Made by a program: the position numbers and the translations under genes. Under the pieces are notes generated by a model, which ran no database searches, was not told the DNA's origin, and saw nothing but the letters and a program-made list of their open reading frames with translations. 64,000 nucleotides of DNA from Veleropilina oligotropha. Taxonomy: Eukaryota. Below are positions 27,545 through 38,334 of the stretch, piece by piece. Where the stretch lies: positions 744,001-808,000 of the forward strand of contig JBEUKZ010000010.1 in assembly GCA_048128005.1 (NCBI GenBank). The letters run 5' to 3'. Positions within the stretch are counted from its first letter, which is position 1. Each line of letters opens with the position of its first letter.

Positions 27545-27764
27545 AAAGGAGAGTGGATTGGATAAATTTGTTCCTCGTACATTAGTTGAAAACATGAAGA
27601 CGAAGGACATTCGAAAGTATATCGCTCAGTTTCTCAAACAGAACCAAAACCTGTCCGCCCCGGGACAGAAACAGCTGACCGCGCTCCAAGCCAAACTCCA
27701 TTACATGAAGATCGTCAGCGAACTGAAGACGTTCGGGACAAAGATATTCATGGTCACTCTCTTG
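27545..27764 (+). CDS. FRMPD4: FRMPD4-like exon I (FERM F2/F3)
   Basis: tttcag|A AAG...TTG|gtgaga. Peptide KESGLDKFVPRTLVENMKTKDIRK...LTALQAKLHYMKIVSELKTFGTKIFMVTLL. Confidence 0.93.
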
Positions 27765-29295
27765 GTGAGAAGGCTTTTTTGTATTGGGAATTTTTAGTTA
27801 CTGAATACATGTATCCATTATGAGGTATCAAGAGCACCATTCCTTTCAGAGTAATTTCGCGAGTTAGGGACTGTTCGACAGAGTGATGGCAGTTGAAACT
27901 GTCCGTCACTGTAGGTCATAACCACCAAAGGAAGGTGGATATCATCAATTAATCCAAGCAAATGTAGTTACAAACTTACTTACGTCCTTACACTTGCCAT
28001 AATAGTCATATTATCGCTAACCGGAAACAGTGAATAATGTCACATTTTATGCACTATTAAGTCAAAAACACTACGATTACCTCCCCTCCTCCCCCTCTCT
28101 AAGTTCCCCCGGCGAGATCTCGCCAAGTCTCGCGAGATGTCCGAGCTCAAGGTCACAAGGCCTCAATTCAAAGTTTCCGCCATATTGGAAAAACGTGTTT
28201 TGATTTGCTCCGCAAAATTGTCCGATTTATACGTTAAATCTTTAAGCTTATAACAATTCAAAGTTATAAGCACTGGATATTACCCTGTGGAGGAATAAAC
28301 ATCAGTGAAGAGAAGATTTAGTTCTAAGTGCTAACTTCAAAGAAAGTTGGAGATTGAATGTGAAATCGACATCACCGCCGTTGCCGATAAAAGCAAGGGC
28401 CGCTCAGAGGGGAAGTTTCGTTAATAAGGAAATTTCTGGTCGGTATATATATCTGATATTATTTGAGACTTCAAAAAAGGTAACTCATTATATTAGATAA
28501 TTCCTTAACGACGTTTATTGCTGGTAATTATTGTTTAAATATTTAGCGTCGTTAAAAGGCAGGATTGTTTAGTTTGTACAAAATATACAAACACGAATGA
28601 ATGCTACATGGTTTATTGAATAAAAGAAGTTTAAACATGAACATATATATATTTGGCATCTTGGGGACAGCAATTACTGCAACCATATTAATTTACTGAA
28701 CAAGAAAATTAAGCCGTGCAACGGCATATTTTAACTCTACTAAATAACTAGGCAGCGAGTTCGCGACAGCGACCTACCGCTGCTACATGAGCATCAAGCC
28801 ACGGAGTCCGCGAAAGCGGCCTGCAGATGGCGCATACGCACAGACAAGAAGTCCGCGAAAGCGTCCTGCCGTTGTCGCAAGCGACACCAAGGAGTCCGCG
28901 ACGGCGGCCTGCCGTTGGTGTAAAGGCAATAAACATGATATTCAATGGAATACAATAACATAAGTAAAATAATGCACATTTATTATGAAATAACTTTACT
29001 TGGGGACATAAATTCCAAATAAACAAGTGGAATGTACCCAAATCGAAAATGCATAAATATGTATACCCGTGCCAGCGGTATGAAATGTGGTTGCATTGAG
29101 AGTCCCCAAGGATATAATGTAATATATATATATTCGTTCGGTTAGGAGAAAACACCTTCCCCCAAGCATCACACGTACGCTAACATAAAAATAATACATG
29201 TAGCAAGCCAAAGAATACACAATCGTCACACCGCATTAGAATTATCAAATATGTACACGCAAAAGAAAAAACCAGCCAGTAAAGAAACTAGTGTC

Positions 29296-30411
29296 CTAGC
29301 CCTTGCTACCACAGTAATTATGATTAAGCTGCATAGCGCACTGCGCTGTAGCCAATTCTCTATCTGTAATACGAATATACCGACAGTAGCTATCCGATTT
29401 CCAACGTCCCAGAACTTTAATGAGATGGTCCTCGACATGACCAGCAGCTGCAGAAGTAGCTGCCCCAATACGGAAAGAGTGGCCACTATATAATTTATCG
29501 TTGTATCCAGCCATACCTAATGCTAACTTCAGGTGATTGATGAAATAATCTCTAGTCAAAGCAACATTGCCAGGGCACAAGAAAAGTGGATCTGTAGGTC
29601 CTGCTCCTGATGAAATGCGATGAGCTACATAATCACTTAACAGACTCACAGGACACAGGGTCTTGTTCCTGTACAAATGAATGGCAATTCCTCTACGAAA
29701 TGGGTCAGTTTTAGACACCTTAATGTTCACGGTCGCTTTTTCTGAAGACACAACGACGTCGGCGACACATAGATTAATCTCTGGATCGAAGGGCAAATGA
29801 CGGACGGTAAATTCGCCGCAACGCAAAAATCCGAAAAAGGCTATCGTACAAACAACAATCAACAAGGTATCCTCAACCATGGAAAACAAACCTCGTCGCA
29901 AAACAGCACAGATATCCCCTAGAATATTTGCAGTAATAGGAAGACGGGGACGTACAGTCACCTTTTGTTCTCTCTGCACAGCACGACAAATAGCACTCAA
30001 ACGAGGTAACGACTCCCCCTCGCGACGACAAAGCGGATTATTAAGACCTGCTTTTAAATAGACAAATCGGACAGCGCTGAGATACCCTTTGATCGTACTG
30101 AACGACACCTGTAGGTGCACATGACAATGGGTCACAAATAACAATAACAACTCTTCACTTAAAGATGGCAAATGCCCTGAAGCCAGCACCACATTATTTA
30201 ATGACAGGAATCTAGAGAAACAAGCAAACCCAGTTCGATATGTCTCGCGCGTGGATGGAGACAAAACCTTAGCCCACAAATGTTCCAAGTCGGCCGCTAA
30301 TGATGGATTATTTCTGAGAACAGCGGCAACTGGCAAGGATGTTGATTTGCCCAGGGAGCTAATTTCCGGAACCTCTGAAATTGGAAACGGGACAAAGCGT
30401 CTGCAATACAA
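29296..30411 (-). CDS. Tyrosine recombinase (Ngaro-type)
   Basis: FFGFLRCGEFT, SKTDPF, CPV, YSGHSFRIGAAT, GRWKS, RYIR; uninterrupted frame. Confidence 0.9.
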   Translation of the reverse strand: MYCRRFVPFPISEVPEISSLGKSTSLPVAAVLRNNPSLAADLEHLWAKVLSPSTRETYRTGFACFSRFLSLNNVVLASGHLPSLSEELLLLFVTHCHVHLQVSFSTIKGYLSAVRFVYLKAGLNNPLCRREGESLPRLSAICRAVQREQKVTVRPRLPITANILGDICAVLRRGLFSMVEDTLLIVVCTIAFFGFLRCGEFTVRHLPFDPEINLCVADVVVSSEKATVNIKVSKTDPFRRGIAIHLYRNKTLCPVSLLSDYVAHRISSGAGPTDPLFLCPGNVALTRDYFINHLKLALGMAGYNDKLYSGHSFRIGAATSAAAGHVEDHLIKVLGRWKSDSYCRYIRITDRELATAQCAMQLNHNYCGSKG

Positions 30412-31400
30412 TTTGATACACCTGGGACGTGTTTAGCTAAAATCACAAAATTGTTAGTCATAGCGCACAAAGTTAAACGTCTCATTAACTTCATAATAAT
30501 ACTTGATTTGGATCTACCCTTGCGTATTACACAAACTGTGGCCTCATTGTCACAATTGAACAGTATTCTCTTACTCTTCCAATTTGAGCCCCATAACAAA
30601 GCTGCAACCACAATCGGATATAACTCCAAAAAGGCCATACATGATAAATTTGGATCCAGCACACGCAGCTCAGGGGGCCAAGGTGCACTAAACCATTGTC
30701 CAACAAAATATCCCCCGAAGCCACATGTACTAGATGCATCAGTATACAATTCAACGTCTGTAGCTAACGTAACATGGTTGTTCATAAAAAAGCTTGCACC
30801 ATTCCACGATTCTAAAAATGTTAACCACATACATGCTTCGTTAAGACACAGTCGATGGTGCAATTTACGCGCTTTTGTGGACAATTCAAGTAAATATGAG
30901 ACAAAAGCGCGGCCCGGAATAATCACCCGACTTGCAAAATTGAGATGCCCCAATAGGGATAGCAGCTCGCGCTTGGTACATTTCTTTCTGTCAATGAATG
31001 TTCTTATAAAAGCAATAATGCGCTGAATTTTGTCATGAGGTAAATGCACTTCAAATTGTTCTGTATCTAACACAACACCCAAATATTCCAAGACAGTGGT
31101 AGGGCCAGCAGTTTTCTTTTCTGCCAGGGGAATGCCCAAATGGTTAAATAGCATAGTCATAATAGCCATAGTTCTATCTGCGATAACATATGGAGCATCG
31201 ATTGTTAAAAAATCGTCTAACAAATGCAAAATGAATGCAACATCATAATTATGTTCAGCTATCCAGCACACCGCTTGAGATAACAAATCAAAAATTTGGG
31301 GGCTTGACCGACTCCCAAAAGCCAACCTTGTGTAAAAATAACATTGATTATTCCATCTAACCCCGTACAAGTGCCACAATGAAGGGTGGATGGGAACCTG
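30297..31400 (-). pseudogene. 5'-truncated reverse transcriptase / RNase H (Ngaro-type)
   Basis: VPIHPSLWHLYG, LAFGSRSSP, HLLDDFL, YTDAS, ELYP, CDN, HVPGVSNCIADALSR. The RT N-terminal part is missing and joined directly to the gag stub 31401-31608. Confidence 0.88.
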
Positions 31401-32234
31401 ATTCCCGTAACTGGGCGACCGACCAATTGCTTGGGTTGTCTAAGTCTAACGCGTCAGTCGCGCTTGCACTTACGGTCACTCGTCTGCGTTTTGACCGTCC
31501 GCCATTGTTTTCTGTCGCCAATGTTGGAGATTCGTCGCTTGGCTCGTCTCTGGGACGCCTCCGCCGACGCGAACTCATTATAACTCCAGTAAGACCATAC
31601 GCGACCATGTGTCGAACGAACTTCGTAAAAGTAGAAGGAGTTACTTTGAATTAGAATTAGTTTTAAAATGCGCGGTAACGCAACAACTCTGCCTGCGAAC
31701 AAAGACAATGAACTGATGCGCGATCGCGTAGCGATACGCTAACAGGAACTATGTACATTAACATATTGCAGCAAACTGGATCTCGCATCTCGCTGGCCTC
31801 TGAGCATATGAGAAAGCGAATTAATCCCAATAACGTGAACTAGACATTTAAGATAAAATGACGAAATAAATATGTTTGTATTGTACAAACTCAATTCACA
31901 TGCAAGCAGTAAATAATAAATATCAACGTTAGTTATTCTGATATCCTGCCGTTACTGGGATAATACGCCACCGTACTAACTTTAAAAACATCCACGAGGT
32001 TTTCAGGTGTTTTCTCGGGGGGGGGGGGGGGGGTTTCTAAGAAAAAAAACCCTTTTTAGTCTATTGCCGGGTTTTATTAACCGGCCTCGGTGTTCCCAGC
32101 TCGGGGTTATTTTCGGTATATCGCCTGATCTCCGATCTTCAGATTAGGTGCAATCTAAAGGGTTGTAGTAGTAAAGTCACAACTACCAAAGATATACTTT
32201 TTTAACAACCCCGTCCACCCACTATCACCCTCCC

Positions 32235-34457
32235 GTGTATTCAGCTATGGTCCGGTGCAGCGACTCCGGGTGTAACCAGAAGATTCACGGATTTGATAGG
32301 CACACGGAATGCCGTGTTCACCGTAACTGCAGTAAGTCATATAAATGTGAACTGTGCCTATGTTTAACAGAGAGGCAGTGGGCGATCATTTACCCACCAG
32401 TGAAGCCGACCAGGGCGGTTGCCACGGTGGGTCCTCCCCCGGAGAGGGGACAAAATGGTAGGTTAAGGGATAACGTTTCTTTGTCTGCTTCAGGGACGCT
32501 GGACGACAGTCGACCAAGGGTACCGTCTGTCGCCGGATCTACCGGCGAAACCTCCGCGACTCATGGGGGAGTCGCCGAAACCTTGCCGGGACCCCAGACT
32601 CAGGTAGGAGCCCGAGAGCTGTCCGATCCTCCTCAAACGGGCCTAGTAACTGCAGCCAACCATACCTTGCCGGCTAGCAAGGTATATCTGGCAGCGCGGC
32701 GAACCGCTGAACAGGGCAGACAATCCCCATCCTATTCTTCGGCCTCGAAGAATACGGGGAACGTTAGTCCTTCTGCGGGAAACTCTCCGTTTAGCGGCGG
32801 AGAGCAACCCAATGAGAAAGCCAATAAAGAGGCCGGACATAATTACGATGGTCTAAGATCCGGACAATTGGCGACGCCTGAAACCTCGTCCGAGACCGAC
32901 GCGACTAACCCTTGGGTTTTTCCGCTCAACCTCGGAGCTCACGAGTGTTTCAGAGGGCCCGTTATCTCCCGTGCACCCACAGGGGCAACGCTAGATAACG
33001 CGGACGGACCGGCTGCATTCGGACAGAGGTTTTACGGTGACCCGACCGTGCCTCGCTCGAACAGAGTGGTAGACCAGTACGGACTGTGGCCGCAGTCCTA
33101 CAGGTCGCCCGTCCCACTGAATGCGCCTTCGGGCCATTCCTTCGGGTACGACCGCTCGACGGGTGACCCGAGACCCTGTTTCTCGGCTCCACCTGTCCGT
33201 GCAGCCCGTCAACCTTGCGCCACGGTGACTTCGACCAAACTACCGGCTGTTAGTTCATGCCTCCGGGTTTCTCGTACGAGAATTTCCAGGCTATGTTCGC
33301 GGCGGAGTTCGAGTCCCGCTGTAAGGCCTGGCGACCGGCTACCCAGCCGGCCCAGTTCCCTGCACCTCTGCCCGTGGCGCAGAGCACGGCTCCCGCATCG
33401 GTGATGGAGATCGACCCTCGTTCCGACGAGGATCTCGACTCCACTCACTCCGACCTCCCTGAATCGGTCGGGCCCGAAGACGCTTGTAGTCTGTCAGGCA
33501 CGCAGGAGCCGATCTCCACCACCCGCCGAAGGCTTGACGCCGTTGCGTCACTTCGCGGGGTGCTTGGTCTGCCGGAACCGACTCGGTCGGATGTAGGCCT
33601 GATCAAGCACAGGACGGCGGCACATCGGTTTGTTGAGAAGGAAGCCCTCTTGCTTCCTTCCTTACCTCAGTCTGGGCTCGTTGATCTAGTCGTCGACTCG
33701 ACAACTAAGCTCATTCAGGGGCGCAATCCGGTGGAGTCCTCCCCGTTGACGGAGTTCCCTTCGGGGTTCCGTAGTGGGCGGTACCTCCGGGCCAGTTCGC
33801 GTTCGATCCCGTTCGCATGTACTGGTCCGTGCCTGACGACTGAGCCGGCTCGTGTTGACGCAGCGATGCGTCGCCCTCTGTGGAGAAAGTTCCTTGGGCC
33901 GCCTTGGAAGCTTTCGAGAGCTCCGCCCGACGGGCTCTGCGGCTGTCGTCCGTACAGGATTTTTTCCTAGATGGGGCGATAGCCGTACTACAGGAGGAAG
34001 GACCCGGCGCCCGCGAGGCAGCCCTGTCCTTCCTCCAGGAGGTTGCTGCCGTTATGGAGACCAGCGCGTTGGAGACGGGACGTGTCCTGGGTAACGCTCT
34101 CCTACTTCGTAGGGACGCTTGCCTGGAAGGCACCTCGCTGGATGAGGCCACCCGGCGCTCATTGCGATGCGTGCCTTGTTCGGCCACCACTCTCTTTGGA
34201 GACAATTTCTTGGAATTCGTCGACAAGAGAGCGGCGGACCTGAAGGACCGTGCCATCGAGAAGGCAGTGCTGCACCCCCCGGGGTCCAACCCGCCGACTC
34301 GAGGAAGCGTTCAGGGCCCACCCGGACCCCGAAACCTTCCAAGCGTGCAAGGCCCTCTTCTGGTGGTAGGCCCCCGGCCAGTAAACCCACTCAGAAGAGG
34401 CAAGCACCTCCAACGAAATCCCGTCAGAGCGGGAGAGGGAAGCCGCCTCGGCCCTAG
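32235..34457 (+). pseudogene. DIRS gag, frameshifted
   Basis: N-terminal Cys/His cluster (CSDSGC..H..C..H..C...CELC), 'LGNALLLRRDACL' segment and basic C-terminal tail, split over ORFs 32235, 33257, 33880 and 34167. Confidence 0.7.
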
Positions 34458-34476
34458 GGCTGCCGGCACACACGAC

Positions 34477-36531
34477 GGTCCCAGCTGCCCGCTTCCGCCG
34501 GTGGGAGCGTGTCTGTTAGCGTACAGCCAGCCGTGGCTAGAACTAACAGACAGCAGCTGGGTCCACTCTGTCGTGAGTGCCGGATACAAGTTGGCATTCA
34601 ACCGGCATCCGACCCTAGTCGAGGCACCACCACCAAGCCGCGCTCGCCCCCTGCAAGGCGAGAAACAAGCGGTCTTAGGCCAGGCAGTGCGGGACTTACT
34701 CCTCAAAGGAGCGATATATCCCGCGCCGCCCAGCACACCAGGATTTTACAGCCATTTCTTCCTGGTCCCGAAACCCAATGGCCGCTGGCGACCGATCCTC
34801 GATCTCTCGTATCTCAACCGATATCTTCGCACCGAGAAATTCCAGCAAGAAACCCTCTCGAAGATACGAGCGGCCATCCGTCCGGGCGACTGGGAAGCGT
34901 CTATCGATCTGACCGACGCGTATCTGCATGTCCCGATGCATATCACGGCTCATCAGTACCTTCGGTTTATACACGGGGAGACGATCTACCAATTCAGGTG
35001 CCTACCGTTCGGTCTATCGTCAGCCCCGTACGTCTTCACGAGAACAGTACAGGCCCTCAGAGCCTTCCTACACTCTCTAGGGCACAGGGTACATATGTAC
35101 CTCGACGACTGGCTGATCCTCGTGGCGTCCCGGGATCTGTGCCACCGGTCTACGAGCTTTACCCTGTCATCGGCGAAGCGACTGGGATTTCAGATCAACG
35201 AGACAAAATCCTGCTTCGTACCCTCCAAGACGTTTACGTTTCTCGGAGTCGAGTTCGATACGGTCCGGTACACTGCGAAGCCGACCCAGAAACGTATACG
35301 GAACCTACGCGCAGTTATTCAAGACACCCTGTAATCGGAGATAACTACGGCGCGACAACTGGCCACTGTCCTGGGGCACATCGAGTCGGTAGCGACCCTG
35401 CTACCGACGGGTCGAATGGACAAACGACCGTTACAACAGGCGTTCAGAGATCGCTGGATACAACGGACGGGGCAGTGGACGGATCGTATCGATCTTCGGC
35501 ATTGGTTTACTCGCACGACAGCAGTGTGGCTGAACCCTGCTTTGCCGAGCCAGACGGTTCCTATATCCCCGCCAGAGCCGAACGCTTACCTGTTCACAGA
35601 CGGTTCGAACGACGGCTGGGGTGGTCACCTCGACAGTTACGAGACATCGGGCCTATGGCCGACGGACCTTCAGGGACGACACATAAATTACCTAGAGCTA
35701 GAAGCGGTCTACCTGACAGTACGGTCCCTCTCGTCACATCTCCGCAACAAGCACATAATGCTCGCCACGGACAATACGACTGTCGTCGCTTACATTCAAC
35801 ACCAGGGCGGCACCCGCTCGCGTCCCCTTTGCGACCGAGCAATCGACCTACACCGCCTAGTGATGTCCCTCAACTCGACGATACGAGCAAGACACATCCC
35901 GGGAAAGCTGAATGTCAGAGTGGACTCGCTCTCTCGGAAATCACAGATTATACACACAGAGTGGACGCTACACAGCCGAGTAGCTCGGGACGTTTGTCGC
36001 CGGTGGTCACAACCCCAAGTCGATCTGTTTGCAACAGAATTCAATCACCGACTACCTCTGTATGTCTCCCCGTACCCGGACCCGGCCGCCCTAGCGGTCG
36101 ACGTGCTGTCAATGACATGGGAGAATCTGTCCGCGTCTGCCTTCCCCCCATCGTGCATCCTGTCACTTGTACTACAGAAGGCATCGAAGGAACGTTGCGA
36201 GATAACGCTAATCGCGCCCCTGTATCGCACGCAACCTTGGTTCCCGACCCTCCTCGATCTGATCGTCGATCGACCGTTAGCGCTCCCGCAGAGACCGGAC
36301 CTGTTAATGCAGTCGCGCAGTCGTGTGTTACACCCGTCGTCGAACGACTTACGTTTACACGCCTGGCGGTTATCGAACGATCCCTCGCTAAGAAAGGATT
36401 TTCTCGCGCTACAGCCCTATGCATCTACCGATCGAGAAGGCTTTCCACGTCTAAAGTATACGACTACCGATGGGTCAAATACGTGGATTGGTGTCACAGC
36501 CGGCAGGTCAATATTCTCCGCCCCCCTGTGA
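34477..36531 (+). pseudogene. DIRS pol: RT - RNase H - methyltransferase-like domain, one in-frame TAA at 35332-35334
   Basis: WRPILDL, IDLTDAY, LPFGLSSAP, YLDDWL; FTDGS, INYLELEAV, TDNTTVVAY, HIPGKLN; VDLFA...AFPP. ORFs 33880 and 35416 share one frame. Confidence 0.9.
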
Positions 36532-37442
36532 ACAAATTTATTGAGTTTCTATCGTCGCTCTTTGAACGGGGAATGTCAGTGTCCGCCGTCAAAGGCTATC
36601 GGGCAACGGTCGCGACCACGTTAAAACAGTGCCGTGCCCGTGTTAGCCTGTCTAGCGACCGAACGATTTCGGATTTTATACGATCCTACGAACTCGAAAT
36701 TCCGACCCGCACGATACGGCCGCCAACCTGGAACATCGTTCTCGTACTTAACGCTCTACTTACACAGCCATACGAGCCTATGTGCTCGGCTTCTATGAGA
36801 AATTTAACTCACAAAACGGTTTTTCTGATCGCCTTAGCGTCGGGCAGGCGTTGTTCCGAAATTCATAGTCTATCCGCAGAGCTACGAGACGTTCGTTTCC
36901 AGTCAGACGGGTCGGTGATGCTGCGTCCTATCTTGGGCTTCCTCGCCAAGAATCAACGGCTGAACGAAGACGCCCCCGATATCGTTATCCCCAAGCTTAC
37001 GCTGGTCGGAAGACACGATGTGGACCGTTTAAACTGTCCTGTGCGTGCCTTACGTTACTACCTCGACAGGACCCGTGATATGTGGCAGGGAAAACTACGT
37101 CTATTTATTTCGTATTTACCTTCCTATAACCGCGACATTACGAAGACGACTGTTTCGCGGTGGATTTCACAGGTGGTGAGAGACGTGTACTCTCGCTGTG
37201 AAAACGTAGACCGCATGATCGTTTCGGTGCGCGCGCACAAGGTCCGTGCAATTGCAGCTTCCATCGCCTTCCGACACAGTCTCAACATCTCAGCGTTGCT
37301 ACAAGCAGGTTACTGGAAGAGTCCAAATGTTTTTGTTAAACATTACCTGCGGGATTATTCCACTGGGGCTGACGGGTTGAGCAGCCTGAAATGTGTAGCT
37401 GCTCAACGATGTATTATTAGACAAAGGTCGTCTAATCAGTAG
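34509..37442 (+). CDS. DIRS tyrosine recombinase ORF (977 aa; YR domain in the last ~370 aa), overlapping pol
   Basis: Catalytic motifs ASGRRCSEI, LAKN, CPVRAL, AHKVRA, GYW, KHYL. Confidence 0.88.
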   Translation: MSVSVQPAVARTNRQQLGPLCRECRIQVGIQPASDPSRGTTTKPRSPPARRETSGLRPGSAGLTPQRSDISRAAQHTRILQPFLPGPETQWPLATDPRSLVSQPISSHREIPARNPLEDTSGHPSGRLGSVYRSDRRVSACPDAYHGSSVPSVYTRGDDLPIQVPTVRSIVSPVRLHENSTGPQSLPTLSRAQGTYVPRRLADPRGVPGSVPPVYELYPVIGEATGISDQRDKILLRTLQDVYVSRSRVRYGPVHCEADPETYTEPTRSYSRHPVIGDNYGATTGHCPGAHRVGSDPATDGSNGQTTVTTGVQRSLDTTDGAVDGSYRSSALVYSHDSSVAEPCFAEPDGSYIPARAERLPVHRRFERRLGWSPRQLRDIGPMADGPSGTTHKLPRARSGLPDSTVPLVTSPQQAHNARHGQYDCRRLHSTPGRHPLASPLRPSNRPTPPSDVPQLDDTSKTHPGKAECQSGLALSEITDYTHRVDATQPSSSGRLSPVVTTPSRSVCNRIQSPTTSVCLPVPGPGRPSGRRAVNDMGESVRVCLPPIVHPVTCTTEGIEGTLRDNANRAPVSHATLVPDPPRSDRRSTVSAPAETGPVNAVAQSCVTPVVERLTFTRLAVIERSLAKKGFSRATALCIYRSRRLSTSKVYDYRWVKYVDWCHSRQVNILRPPVNKFIEFLSSLFERGMSVSAVKGYRATVATTLKQCRARVSLSSDRTISDFIRSYELEIPTRTIRPPTWNIVLVLNALLTQPYEPMCSASMRNLTHKTVFLIALASGRRCSEIHSLSAELRDVRFQSDGSVMLRPILGFLAKNQRLNEDAPDIVIPKLTLVGRHDVDRLNCPVRALRYYLDRTRDMWQGKLRLFISYLPSYNRDITKTTVSRWISQVVRDVYSRCENVDRMIVSVRAHKVRAIAASIAFRHSLNISALLQAGYWKSPNVFVKHYLRDYSTGADGLSSLKCVAAQRCIIRQRSSNQ

Positions 37443-38243
37443 GCAAGTATTTTGTCTTGATTGATCAATTTAATACTTCGTGCTGAAGCAATGTTATTGT
37501 TATGCCTAGGTGTTACTATGTAAACACATTATGAGGCGGTTCAATGTATGTTCATTTCTTAAAAACATTTTAAGATCTTGATACTTTCATGTCATACCTG
37601 AGTATTTTGACAGGCCAGTTCACATTGAATTTAATAAACATTTATATTGCAAAAAATCTTATAGGATTTTGAGGTTCAATATTATTGGTGTTCTATGCTG
37701 TTATAGAACATACGATGTTCAAGACATTGAAAAATTTTAATATTTGCTTCCTTAAAATTTATTTTAAGTAACATGTACTCATGTTAGCTTTTCGCAAGTT
37801 GGTCATGCGAATTACTTATTAATATCGATTATTTATTTTAATCTATTAATTCTTTGCTTAAGATTTGATGTCTTCACAACCTAACTATTAGGTTCCGTGT
37901 GCCTACAAATCTGACTGCTTCCTCTGGCTACCGGCTTATGGCCCGGAGTACCAGTTGGCTGCCACTGGTCCATGACACGTAAGACCTACAAGGATCCTCC
38001 TTCCGGCCGTGCCTGGTTCTGATTGCACTTCCGTTCACCTTGTCCGACTAACACCACGGCGTATTCTCCCGGTATCACTGGTCGAAATTCTCGCCTGGTA
38101 AGAGTAGAATATAATACTCAGCAGATTCCACTCTGAGCGGACACAATCGTCGCTTCAAGCTGATTGATATGGTGAAAAGTAAGTCATAATCTTGTTTGGG
38201 ATTGTTGTAAGGAACTTCTTACCCACCTATCCAAGGTCATTCC

Positions 38244-38334
38244 GGCAAGTGTAAGGACGTAAGTAAGTTTTTAACTACATATGAGGTTTTTAAGTATAAA
38301 CCTAATATTAGTTAAAACATACTTACGTCCTTAC
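38244..38334 (+). other. DIRS internal complementary region (ICR)
   Basis: First half is the reverse complement of the left terminus (ATGTAGTTA...ACACTTGCC); second half is the reverse complement of the right terminus (...TAAAAACCTC). Confidence 0.9.

Larger units (their letters stand above)
28571..31891 (-). mobile_element. Ngaro-like YR retrotransposon, internally deleted, nested antisense in the DIRS 5' region
   Basis: gag stub, partial RT-RH and YR on the minus strand. Ends proposed at the inverted palindromic motifs 28571-28593 and 31873-31891. Confidence 0.75.

Noticed and set aside
28571..28583. AGTTTGTACAAAA resembles the Gateway attB1 core (vector contamination)
   Set aside because: The match stops after 13 nt and there is no other vector sequence.
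32017..32033. G17 run as a functional element
   Set aside because: Homopolymer length is unreliable and nothing else supports a function.
33880..35334. 484 aa ORF read as a natural gag-pol fusion
   Set aside because: Better explained by a frameshift near the C run at ~34275; the gag tail continues in ORF 34167-34457.
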